From NCBI GenBank assembly GCA_050613775.1, contig JBODTK010000013.1, positions 434,001 through 498,000 of the forward strand: DNA of 64,000 bases. The letters are read 5' to 3'. The position numbers were made by a program, and so were the translations under genes. This stretch comes from Neocallimastix sp. 'constans' (lineage: Eukaryota). The notes beneath the pieces are model-generated. The model ran no database searches and was not told where the DNA came from. It saw nothing but the letters and a program-made list of their open reading frames with translations. Position 1 is the first letter of the stretch. Every line of letters begins with the position of its first letter. Positions 40,001 through 52,400 of this stretch are shown here, in pieces.

Positions 40001-43000
40001 TCCGATTGCAATGTTCCTATATCATTAGGATTACTACAATTTGATGAAGTTAATTCAACTACTTTATTAGGAATGGATTTATTTGCATCAAAAGAATAAT
40101 AAGTATTATCTTTTGATTTAATATAACCAAAGGTTTGTCTACAAATTCCTTTTGTGGTATCACAATTAAAAAGTGCTAAATTTGTAATACTAGATGTTAA
40201 ATCAACAGCAGTAGCATCTTCTATAATTATTCTTTTTACATCTTCTGTATTGATAATATTAAACTTTTCAATTCTATCTATTTGTGTTAGTTATAAAATT
40301 AAAAATAAATGATTAATATATTATTAATTTTTTTCTTAATAAAATTATTAAAAAAATGTTATAATATAAATATATCTCATTCTATTAATATTTTATTTAA
40401 TAATTATATCCTATAAAAGATACTCAAATTATTTAGTTATCTCTATATCACAATTACTAAATTTTATTGTAAATATATTTTTTTTTTTATTTCAACTTAC
40501 CTGAATTTTTAAGTTCTTCAATTGTAAATATATTATTAGTAGCTCTAACTAATGAATAATTAGTATTATCACGTTTATGAATTATATAATATTCCGTAGT
40601 TTCTGTGTCTAAAAAATTAATGCTTATATTTCCAAGACAAAACTTCAACTTATTAGGATCAGTGTTATCTCCTAAAACTAAATTACCAGAAGTATCAATG
40701 ATACATTCGTTATTTGGAATGACATCACCATTTGAAGAAACTTTTTTTGAAGTAGAGCTATTGGCACTAACTTCATAATAATTCGTACCATCCGTGATAT
40801 ATCCATCCAAGGAACGACAAATTCCTTGATCTCCACAGTAATAAAGAGCAATATTATTTCCATCATTCACAATATCTGATGTCATAATACCTTTATTAAA
40901 TACTTTTAGTCCCTTATTTTTACTGAGACCATCATAAATGAGAGTATTAGCCGTTGCGGAAATCACCAAACTTCTTTCAGTTTCTCGTCCATGAAAAATA
41001 GTTTCTCCATCACTTGATATGATATAAAATGGATTTGTGCCATCTTTCATACTCATAGCATTTTCAATTATATAGGAACCTTGACAAAATTCCCCATTAC
41101 TTTTGATTTTACCAATATCACTATCGTTACATTCTGCACTAAAATCCTTATCATCCATTAATTTATTATTATTAAATCCTGTCCATGGAATAGAATAGTA
41201 TTTTATGTCATCCGTCTTGCTTGTTCTGAAATATCCATATGTTCTTTTACAGGAATTAACATTACAATTCAGTATAACAATGTCATTTATAACATTAGTA
41301 ACTCTATTGGATTCTAAGCTTATATCTGCTATATCCATTCTTTCCATAGCACTGATATTAACAACATTATGTCCAGTAATTTTTATACAACTTCCATTTT
41401 GACATTCATAAATATAATATTTATTTAAATCAAAATTATTTAAATTGGAATTAACTAATGGAGTAGCTTTTTTTTTAGTGTCTGTATCTATTATTATAGT
41501 ATTTTTGACTATACATATTCAAATAAATTAAATATCAATTAGTTTATAGAAAGTATAAAAAGATATAACATAATATAAATAACAATTAAATATGTATTAG
41601 TAATGAAAAATATTTTATATTTAAAAGATTTTTTTAAAACTTCCTAAATATTATTAATTTAAAAAAAATAGTAATAAAATTTACCACTCTGTGAAATATC
41701 ATGATATATTACATTAGGAGTTTGTTTTAATATAATACCATCATTTCCAGTTGAAATAGAAAATTTTGAATCAGAAGATGGATTAGTTAGAATATATTCT
41801 TCATCATTTCCAGATGTAAATGCAAGACTTACTAATGATCCAGAAGAGTTCATTCCTAAGCATACACTCTCATTTGAATCAAGTCTACCTATTGAGGAAT
41901 CATCACATGATATATTATTTTCTATATCAATCTTTGTTGCACCATTTTCGTTTACAAAAAAGAAAGAATTAAATTCTTTTTTTGCATACAAATCAGTTCC
42001 AAATGACGGTATTTTATTGTTATTTGGTCCTACATAACTCAGTGGTGTAATTGAATCCATACTTACACTATAATATTCTTTAAAAACTATATCCCAATTA
42101 TCTGGTTTTTCTGTTTCCATAACAAATAATTCATTAATCTTAATGTAACCCGTACTTCTAATACATCCATTATTTGAACAAATATATATGTTATAATCCT
42201 GGACATGTGTATTTATAATTCTATTTTTAATAGTAAGATCTATTTCTGTACTGTTAGAAGCAAATATATGAACACCAGAAATTAATCTCGAAACACAACT
42301 GTCATCTTTTATTCTATATATAAAATTATCCTTTAGACAATTAGTATTAGTGTAATCATTAATAATACTATTATCATTTGCATCAGGACAATTAGTAATA
42401 TTTATATTACTACATGTTTGTAACTCTAATTCTAATACATTTATTAATAAATATTTAAATTTTTAAATTTTAAAATAATATATAAAGTATTTATTTAAAG
42501 AATTAATAAAAGTTTTATTATTTCAGAATATTTATTCTAATTTTATTACTATTGACTTTAGTAAAAAAAATATATATATATATATCAATTACCAGCTAAA
42601 ACATATTGCAATTGATAAAGTAATAATAAATAAATTAAGCTATTTATTTATTTATTTATTTATAATAAAATAATAACAACGTTAATAATAGTATTATAAG
42701 TTATTGTAAAGCAGAAAAAATATTATAAATTATTATTTAACTAATATATAGATATTTCAATTTTTTTATAACCTAATCTTTTATTTAATTTATTTTTATT
42801 CATTTATTTTCAATTGTTATATTTCTTTAAATAACTATTTATTTATCCATTTAAATTATTTATTATATTTATTTAATTCTTATTTAAATTATATGTTGAG
42901 TTTATTGTAATTGTTTTTATATATTCATTGATTTTTTATATTTATATTTATTAAATTATTTTTTATTTGCTCATTTATTTAATATATTTATTAAAATTCA

Positions 43001-43595
43001 ATTTATTTATTTATATCTATTTCAAATAGAAATTCTTTAAATTTATCAAGGTTATATTTATTTATTCATTTATATTATTTATTAATTTTATTAAATTATT
43101 TATATTAATTATAATTTCATCAAACTTTTATTTATTTTTTAAGTTTAATATATTTATTAAACTTCTATTTATTTGTTCAGTTATTAAATATCTAATAATT
43201 TTATTCATATTTATCAAAATTATATTTATTTATTTTTTTATTTATATTATTTATTATAACTATTTAAATTATAATTGCTTATACATTTAAATTATTATTT
43301 TTTTAATTAGAGTATATTTTTCATCTACATATATATATTAAATTTCTCTTTATATTTTACTAAAGTTCAATATTTTTTATTAAACTAAAAAAGGAATATA
43401 ATAAAATACTTTTAATTATATAATAATAAATATATCTTTTTGTTTGCTTTTTTTCATACCAGAAAAAAAATTTTAATTAATAATAAAAATGATTTTTTTT
43501 CTTATTTTTCATTGAAGTACTTATAATTAAACTTTTAATGATTATTTTTTTTTTTTAAATTATTTTTCATACCAGAAATATTTCCAACCCAACAT
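23427..43595 (-). CDS. Giant secreted, C-terminally anchored Cys-rich repeat protein, fungal cellulosome scaffoldin-like; 12 exons, ~5,284 aa
   Basis: Manual GT-AG model: 43595-43573, 42639-42593, 42431-41685, 41508-40501, 40277-39450, 39191-38775, 37795-37388, 36900-36055, 35904-35431, 35052-34639, 34274-33399, 33193-23427 (15,855 nt, phases consistent). Signal peptide MLGWKYFCLIYLLLLYQLQYVLA; many (G/E)Y(Y/F)IN..LIxC..C repeats; hydrophobic C-terminus. Confidence 0.8.
33399..34274 (-). CDS. Scaffoldin-like gene, exon 11 (A+B modules)
   Basis: TTTAG acceptor, GTAAAT donor, 876 nt open. Confidence 0.85.
34639..35052 (-). CDS. Scaffoldin-like gene, exon 10 (B module; not in ORF track)
   Basis: TATAG acceptor, GTAAAA donor, 414 nt; ISSDKGIKLFLSN...LSLYICSSEGICTRAEGFAKD. 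Confidence 0.85.
35431..35904 (-). CDS. Scaffoldin-like gene, exon 9 (A module)
   Basis: AAAAG acceptor, GTAAGT donor, 474 nt; IALFYC...CKRTIGYIK. Confidence 0.8.
36055..36900 (-). CDS. Scaffoldin-like gene, exon 8 (A+B modules)
   Basis: TATAG acceptor, GTAATT donor, 846 nt. Confidence 0.85.
37388..37795 (-). CDS. Scaffoldin-like gene, exon 7 (B module)
   Basis: TATAG acceptor, GTAAAA donor, 408 nt; paralog of exon 10. Confidence 0.85.
38775..39191 (-). CDS. Scaffoldin-like gene, exon 6 (A module)
   Basis: ATAAG acceptor, GTAGGT donor, 417 nt. Confidence 0.8.
39450..40277 (-). CDS. Scaffoldin-like gene, exon 5 (A+B modules)
   Basis: CTAAC branch point with AATAG acceptor; GTAATA donor (alternative GT 3 nt upstream); 828 nt. 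Confidence 0.82.
40501..41508 (-). CDS. Scaffoldin-like gene, exon 4
   Basis: TATAG acceptor, GTAAGT donor, 1008 nt open. Confidence 0.85.
41685..42431 (-). CDS. Scaffoldin-like gene, exon 3
   Basis: ATTAG acceptor, GTAAAT donor, 747 nt open. Confidence 0.8.
42593..42639 (-). CDS. Scaffoldin-like gene, exon 2 (signal peptide core)
   Basis: AATAG acceptor, GTAATT donor; encodes LIYLLLLYQLQYVLA. Confidence 0.7.
43573..43595 (-). CDS. Scaffoldin-like gene, predicted first coding micro-exon
   Basis: AAAATG TTG GGT TGG AAA TAT TTC TG|GTATGA; phase 2 matches exon 2. Confidence 0.6.
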
Positions 43596-43914
43596 TTTAA
43601 TAATATTTAACGTTTTTTGGTTGGAAATGCTTTCAAATTTACTAATAGATTGATAATTTTTTTATTTTATTAATGTTTTTTTATCTGAAATAAATAAAAT
43701 TAAAAAAATTTTTTTTTTTTTTTTTTTTACTTTATTTTTTTTAGGTTTAATTCGTTTTTGAATATTTTGAGTATATCAAAAAATATAATAATAATAATAA
43801 TAATAATAGTTGACTTAATAGATTTATTATTTAATTATACATAAAATAAAAATAAAGTTTTTATTTTGTATATAATTAAAAACAATACAAAAAAAACCAC
43901 ATAAAAAAAATTAA

Positions 43915-44240
43915 AATTCCCCTCTTTTTTCCTTGTGTACTTGGTGCGTTGGCATCATACTCTGGACATTTATATTTCGGAAATTTTTTTCCATTTCAAT
44001 TCCTATTCCCCCCTCCTTACTGGTATGAAAAGATTAGGAATATTAAGTAAAAACTCCGTCCAAATTCCATGAATTTTTATTTAAATTAAAAGGATAAAAA
44101 ATTTGGAGAATTTAAATTTACATTTCAAAAAGAAAAATCGATGTTTAGTTTTATAAAATGGAATTTTTATAATTTTCATAGGACTTCGGGTTAGACTATT
44201 ATTAAATCTAAAAAGAATACCACCAAAAAGAATGAATGAA
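43915..44240 (-). promoter_or_regulatory. Candidate promoter/upstream regulatory island of the scaffoldin-like gene
   Basis: Locally GC-richer noncoding patch 300-650 bp upstream of the predicted ATG; evidence is positional only. Confidence 0.3.
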
Positions 44241-44816
44241 AAGGTAATTTAAAAGAAAATTCATTAAAATAAAGAAACTCTAAAAATTTTTACACCATTT
44301 TTATAGTTTTTATTTTATTATTATAAAAATAGATAAAAAAAATCCCCTTATAAATATATTATTTAAATGAGGTATAAAAATTATAACTAAAAAATAGAAA
44401 GTATTAAATATATAATAATATTTATAAAAGCAGTAAAAAAAAAAATAATATAAATAAAGTTATAAAAGTGATAATAATTTGGGAAAAAACCTTTAATTTT
44501 CCTTCTATAATTAGGTAATAATACATTAAAAAATTTTTATATTAAAATGGTATCTTTTAAAAGTGGTCTTTTATATATACATATATGTCTTTTATTTTAT
44601 ATATAAATATACTAAATAATTATTTATTTTATATATATAATTTACAATTTTTTAAAAGAATAATTTTTTTTATATTTATTAATATTTATTATTAGTTCTT
44701 TTAAATATTATATATTCTCTTCTTAGACATTTAAAACATTGGAATAGAAGGTATATAACTTCAGCAAAACCAATACCATTAGGTATCTTATTTTATCACA
44801 GACTTTAGAATATCAG

Positions 44817-46680
44817 TTTTTTATTTTTATTTCCTTTGGTTTATTTTTATTTTTATTTTTATTTTTATTTTTATTTCCTTTGGTTTATTTTTATTTTTAT
44901 TTTTATTTTTATTTTTATTTTTATTTCCTTTGGTTTATTTTTATTTTTATTTCCTTTTATTTAATTTTTATTTCTTTTTTTTTTTTAATCTTTATTTCAT
45001 TTAATTTACCTTTATTTTTATTTCTTTTAGTTAATTTTTATTTTTATTTTCTTTCATTTATTTTTATTTCCTTTGGTTTATTTTTATTTCCTTTGGTTTA
45101 TTTTTATTTCTTTTGTTTTATTTTTATTTCCTTTTAGTTAATTTTTATTTCTTTTTTTTATTTTATTTTTATTTCCTTTTAGTTAATTTTTATTTTTATT
45201 TCCTTTGGTTTATTTTTATTTTTATTTTAATTTCTTTTCATTTAATTTTATATATTTTAGTTAATTTTTATTTTTATTTCTTTTGGTTTATTTTGATTTT
45301 AATTTTGATTTCTTTTTAGTTAATTTTTATTTCTTTTTTTTATTTTTATTTCTTTTCTTTTTTCTTTTTTTTTTTATTTTTTTTTTTATTTTTATTTCCT
45401 TTAATTTAATTTTTATTTTTGTTTTAATTTCATATCATTTATTTTTATTTCTTTTAGTTAATTTTATTTTTATTTCCTTTTCTTTTTTATTTTTTATTTC
45501 TTTTCTTTTTTTCTTTTTTATTTTTATTTCTTTTCTTTTTTTCTTTTTTATTTTTATTTCTTTTCTTTTTTTTATTTTTATTTACTTTAATTTTTATTTT
45601 TATTCCTTTTTTTATTTTTACTTCATTTTATTTCCTTTTAGTTAATCTTTATTTCTTTTTTTTATATTTGTTTTTATTTCTTTTAGTATATTTTTATTTT
45701 TATTTCCTTTCATTTATTTTTATTTTCTTTCATTTATTTTTATTTTCATTAGTTAATTTTATTTTTATTTATATTATTTATATATTTCCTTTGATTTATT
45801 TTTATTTTCATATCATTTTATTTCCTTTAGTTTACTTTTATTTTTATTTCCTTAAGTTAATTTTTTTTTATTATTATTTTTATTTTTTTTAAATATTTTT
45901 ATTTTTTTTTAATATTTTTATTTTTATTTTTATTTCATTTTATTTCTTTTAGTTTACTTTTTTTATATTTTTATTTATTTCTTTTGGTTTATTTTTATTT
46001 CTTTTTTTTAATATTTATTTTTATTTCCTTTGGTTTTTATTTTTATTTTTAGTTCCTTTAGTTAATTTTTATTTCTTTTTTTTTTTTTATCTTTATTTCA
46101 TATAATTTACCTTTATTTTTATTTAATTTTTATTTTTATTTTCTTTCATTTATTTTTATTTTTATTTTTATTTCCTTTGGTTTATTTTTATCTTCACTTA
46201 TTTAATTTCCTTTAGTTTACTTTTATTTTTAGTTCCTTTAGTTAATTTTTATTTCTTTTTTTTTTTTATTTTTACTTCCTTTTAATTAATTTTTATTTCT
46301 TTTTTTTTTATTTTTATTTCTTTTGTTTTTTATTTTTTATTTTTATTTCTTTTTTTTTATTTTTATTTACTTCATTTTACTTTTATTTTTATTTTTACTT
46401 CATTTTATTTCCTTTAGTTTACTTTTTTTTATATTTTTATTTATTTCTTTTTTTTTATTTTTATTTCCTTTGATTTATTTTTAATTTTATTTCCTTTGGT
46501 TTATTATTTTTTTTATTTCTTTTGGTTTATTATTTAACTTTATTTTTATTTTATTTTTAATTATAAAACTCTCTATTTTTAATTTTATTTTTTTTTGCTT
46601 TATTTCTATTTCTTTATTTACTTTTACTTTAATTTTTATTTCTATTTCATTTTTATAATTTATATTTTATTTCTATTCTT
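44817..46680. repeat. T-rich low-complexity satellite (TTTTTA runs punctuated by TTTCCTTTGGTTT)
   Basis: Motif recurs many times; it is the reverse complement of the 56850-63270 array. Confidence 0.9.
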
Positions 46681-47553
46681 ATTTACTTAATTCAAATCGT
46701 ACTTTTTATAAAATTTGTTAGAAATAAAATGAAATTGATTTATTAATTAATAAGCGATAATAAATAATAAAAGAATTAATATATTGTTTTATGAATTATA
46801 CTTATTTAATTTGAAAAGTTTACTAATAAATGACTATTAACTTTTTTAAATTTTAATCCTTATTGATCCTTTTGACAAAATAAAAAGTGTTATCATTTCA
46901 AGAACTATCAAATTTAATATTTTTATCTTTTGTATAATATTTCTGATAGTTTAAGAGTTAAGAATCTCAATTCAACAGTTATGCATCACATATAAGCTAT
47001 GTTGAAATATCTATTATGAATATAAATTTTTTTTTAAAAAAAATATCTATTTTCTTTATTTCTTTAACTCCCGTTTCGTAATAACTATATTTAGAAATAA
47101 TACATAAATAAATACGTAACAGAGCCTGTCCTATTGTGAAGAAATAAATTGAAGAAATTTGTATCTTCATACAATATAAATATAGTTTTCATATTGTAAT
47201 TTAATATTTATTAAAATAAAAATAATATATAATTGTAATTCAACATAAACTAGTTGAAAATAGTATTTTTTAACAAACTAATAAATTAATAATAAAATAA
47301 TAGTCAATTAATTAAAAAATAAGACTGAAAATAATAATTAATGATCATAAAATCTATATCTCAAAATAATGTTCAGATAACAAAAAAAAATATTAAATAA
47401 AATATTTGTCTGATAATATTATTTAAGTCTGCGAGTAAAGATTATTTAAAAAATAATAATTAACTTAAAAAATTAAAATTAAATTGAAAAGATACAAATA
47501 CAGGTAGAGAAGATAAAATTATTTGAAAAAAAAAGTTGAACATTACTTCTTCT

Positions 47554-47557
<4 letters not shown>

Positions 47558-47599
<42 letters not shown>
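47558..47599 (+). repeat. Poly(A) tract (~42 nt)
   Basis: Seen directly. Confidence 0.9.
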
Positions 47600-47601
<2 letters not shown>

Positions 47602-48987
47602 TAATACCAATTAAGAAGACAGGGCTTTAAAAATCATTTACTATAAAAAAACACTACAAAAAAATATGAAATACTAAAACTTCTTCCAGAAAGACCATTA
47701 TAACAGTAAGAAAGACAATCACTTGGTTTTATATTTCAATATAATATACTGTGTAATTTATTAATTATTTCAGTATTAAAAAAATAAATTATATATTATG
47801 ATATTTTTTATTTATGACAATATTTTATTTTATATTATACTTATTTTATATTATATTTATTTTATTTATTTATTCTTGTTTTTTATTTTTAATTTTTTTC
47901 TATTTTCTATTATTTATTCTTTATTTTTTATACCATAATATTCATTTTTTTTATATTTAATTTTATTTGGAACTTAATTTTATTTGGTATTTAATTTTAT
48001 TTGATATTCTTTGCTAATTCCTTGCTTATTATGGTTTAATCTTTAAATTTTTTATTTTTTATTTTTATTTTTTTTTTTTTTTAAATTTTTCTCTTTTCTA
48101 TATTAATTTGTTATTTATTTAATTTGTCATTTTTCTTTATTCATTACTTTTTATTTCCTTAATTCTTAATTCTTATTTTACTAATTTTTATTCTTATATT
48201 TTTTATTCTTTAGTTTCATTATTTTCTTTTTCTTCATTATTCATTTTTTATTCCTTAACTTCTTATTTTTTTATTGTATTACTAATAATACTTCATTATT
48301 CATTGTTCATTGTATATTCTTTATTTTTATTTTTTATTTATTCTTTTTTTGTTCTTTATTTTTTTTATTTTTTATTTTTTATTCGTTATTTTTTATTCTT
48401 TTTTTTTTTTCTTTTCTTCTTCTTTTTTTTTTATTCTTAATGTTTTTGATATATGATTCTTCCCTTTTTAACTTTTAATAATTTTTTGCTATTTTTCTGT
48501 TTGTAATTCTATAATTTTCAATTTTAATTCTTATTTTCTTTATATAATTTTTTTTTATTTCTTTTTATTTTATGTCTTCTTTTTTATTCGTTATTTTTCA
48601 TTTTGAGGTTATTAACTTATATATTTCCGATTTTTTATTTTTTTTTCTTAATTTTATATTATGCTTTCTTCATTCTATATTTTTCATTATTAACCACTTA
48701 ATATTTATAATATATATTAATATATTACTATTTATTTATATTTATTATTTAATTATTTACTATTTATTAATTATTCATTAATTACATTATTTATTTCATT
48801 TATAATTTTTGATTTCTTTATTAATTGTTATTTTTTTTAATTATCTTATAAAGGGTTATATTAAATATTTAATTTATCTTTTTTTTTTTTTTTTTTTTTA
48901 ATAATTTTAATAAATTTGATTAATACAATTTATTATTTTTTTTTACATAACAAATATTAAATTTTTAATAATAAATAATATTAAAAT

Positions 48988-49274
48988 TGTTAATAAACAC
49001 ACAATTAAGAGACACACAATATTAAGATAATATTATAATTATATTTAAGTAAAGATGTTTTATATTCTTTATTATATATTAATATTTATTATTATAAATA
49101 TATATAATTAAGTATGTATGATCGTATATATATATTAAGGTTTTTTATTGTTAAAGAGATAAAAAAAAATTAGGATTATTATTTAAGCACGTTTTATAGT
49201 ATTTCGAGTATTTTGTATTTGTAAAATATTGGATAATCATAGATTAAATTTTATATTAAAATATATTTTTAACA
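48988..49274 (-). repeat. 3' LTR of copia E
   Basis: TGTTAA...TTAACA ends; preceded on the minus strand by PPT AGGGTGAA. Confidence 0.96.
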
Positions 49275-49429
49275 TTCACCCTAAAATCTAGCTTCAAAAA
49301 AAAACTTAATACAAAGAAAAAATGAAGGTAGATTTTGAAAAATTATACTACTTTTAATTTGATTTGGAGAGCTTTCTAAAAAAAACTTATTATATATAAG
49401 AAAAAAAAGATAGCACATTTTACACTATA

Positions 49430-52400
49430 TTATTCAATTTTAGTAAGAAGGGAAATTCTAAATTTATCCATTAAAGTATTGTTTAAGTATTTCGTGAATC
49501 CGTCGGCTAAATTTTCTTTAGTGTTTATGTAATTCAATTTGATTAATCCTTTATTAACAAGATCTCTAATATGATGATACCGAATATCAATGTGTTTCGA
49601 CTTGGGATTAATTGACTGATTCTCACTATTATATATTGTTGCTTTATTGTCGACGAAAATTTTTACATTATTAATTTTTATTCCAAGTTCGTTTAATAAA
49701 TTCTTATACCATAATGAATGCTTTGCGCATTCGCTTAAACTATAATACTCAGCTTCGGCCGTTGAGGGAGAAACGCAATGTTGCAATTTCGAGAACCAAC
49801 TGGTTGGCGTTCTTCCCATCATCATCAGGAATCCTGAAGTAGATTTTCTTGTGATTGAGTCTCTAGCGAAATCTGCGTCTACATAAACCTTAAGGTTAAT
49901 ACCTTTTTCAATTTTTATACCATAGTTTTTTGTGTACATTAAGTATCTGAATATTTTAAGAACATTATTCCAATCCTCTAAGTTAGGGTTATTGGATTTT
50001 CTTGCTGCTCTGCTCACAGCAAATAGGATATCAGGTCGGGTACAAATAGCAAGATACAATAGGTTCCCAATGGCACTTCGGTATTTCGTTTCATTAAATT
50101 TTATGCATTTCAATTTATTGTTTTCCACTGGTATTAAATTTTTCGATGGTGTAAGTTTATTAATTTCATATTTGAATAATATATCGTTAATATATCTTAT
50201 TTGATGTAAAATATAGCCATTTCTGATCTTATTAAATTTAATTCCTATAACGAATTCTACATTACCTATATCTTTAATATTAAATTTTCTTTTTATTGAA
50301 TCTTTTACAATTTTGATTTCATGATCTGTTCCCGCAATTAATATATCATCTACGTATACCGACAAAATGCATATTGTTTTATTATTCCTATCTGTCTTAA
50401 TATAAACGCAAGGTTCACTCTTAGCTCTTCTAAAATTTAATTTGAGAAGCTCATTATTCAATTTTTCGTTCCATTCTTTTCCAGCTTGCTTTAAGCCATA
50501 AAGGGCTTTTTTAAGCTTCCAAAAACATTTATTGAATGAATGATGACCTTCGGGAGATTTCATATATATATCATCTTTTAAATCTGCATTAAGGTATGCA
50601 GAGTTAATGTCTATTTGTTCGATATTAAAATTATGCTGAACAGCTATTGCTGTGATAATCCTTATTGTATCTTGTTTTAAAGTTGGAGCAAACGTTTCCT
50701 TGAAATCAATTCCATACTGCTGCGTATAACCTTTCGCAACTAATCTTGCTTTTCTTTTTATTATATTACCGTTTGAGTCTCTTTTATATTTAAATACCCA
50801 ACGTGATGATATAACGTTAGATCCTTCTGGAACTGAATTTACAATCTGAAAAACATTTAGCTTTTCCATATTTTTTAATTCTTCATTTACGGCTTCCATC
50901 CATTGCTCTTTATCTTTAAGGTTAAATATATCTTTAAAGTTATATGGTTCTCTGAATATATTGTTTTCTTCATTTAATTTTGATATATTCTTTTCACTAT
51001 ATTTTATTCTTTTGCTTGATGCTTTTGCTTCATAATTAATGTTTCTTTTATTTGTATTATTGTTTGTTGTATTGTCTTGATAGTGGGATATTTCAATTTT
51101 ATTGTTATTAGTATTGTTTAATTTATTTACGTAATTAATTGTACTTTCCATATTAGATTCTTCAGTTGTATTTTTATTAGGAATATTATCATTATTTTTA
51201 TTAAGATTATTGGTAATATTATTGTCATTAAATTCATTATTTCTATAGTTTCTTGTATTAGTGTTGCAAATATTATTGTTGTTTAATTTATTATTATTAT
51301 TGATTGATGAATCATTGATATAGATATTACTTTTATTATTAGTGTTATTTTTATTGTTATTATTGAAAGTATTATTACTAGTATTGTTAATGTTGTTTTC
51401 ATTATTGATGTTGATATTATTTGAAGTAATGTTGTCATTTCCTGAATTATTATTATCTTCTGGATTATCATTTTTATTTTGTTTTTGTTTTTTATAAGTT
51501 TTATGTTTATTTTTATTTCTTAAAATATTGCTATTATATTGTGAATCGTTAATATTATTATAGTTATTTTGATAGTTGTGATTGTTGTTGTTGTATTTTT
51601 GATAATTATAATTGTTATAATTATTGTTTGAAAAATTTTTGACTGAGTAATCATTCACCCTGAATTCGTTATTGGAATTATAGTTTAGTAAGACTGAATT
51701 TCCAGGATCGTTTTCAAAGAATTGGACAGTTCGAGATAGCACGATTTTATTGTTGGTTAAATCAAGGATTTTATAAGATGATGGGTTATTGCAATATCCT
51801 AAGAAAATTCCAGGGTGTGAATTATTATCAAATTTGGATCGTAGTTCTTTTGGTATAAAGAAAAATACTCTACATCCAAAAACTCTAAATATGATGTAAT
51901 CAACAGGTTTATTATATAGAATCTCAAATGGTACTTTATTGTTTATACCCTGATGGGGTAAACGATTGTGAATAAAATTTACTGTATCAACAGCAAATTC
52001 CCAAAAATTATGAGAAAGTTTTGATTCATTTAGTAGAGCTTTTGCGGAAGATATAAGTATGCCGTTGAATCGTTCAGCTTTCCCGTTTTGGGCTGGATTA
52101 TATGGTATAGTGTATTGATGTATTATACCATTATTTTGACAGAATATTTTGAAATTATTATTAAAAAATTCCCTTCCATTATCTGATCGAATATTTTTGA
52201 TTTTAATGCTGAATGTGTTTAAAACTTCTTTGTACCAAATAATGAATTTATTAAATGTTTCATTTTTATGTTGTAGGAATAAGACCCAGCCATATCTAGA
52301 AAAGTCATCCAGGATTGTGAGGAAGTATATATTCTTATTTAAGGATGGCAATACGGGGCCCACTAAATCAAGATGTATAAGTTCGAAAATGTGTTTTGTT

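Noticed and set aside
42771..42803. Alternative first exon MNKNKLNKRL of the scaffoldin-like gene
   Set aside because: Its donor is phase 1 with weak GTTATA, whereas the signal-peptide exon needs phase 2.
46950..46980. Degenerate PBS-like sequence (TTAAGAATCTCAATTCAAC)
   Set aside because: No definable LTR, hairpin array or gag follows; could be a very old relic but cannot be supported.
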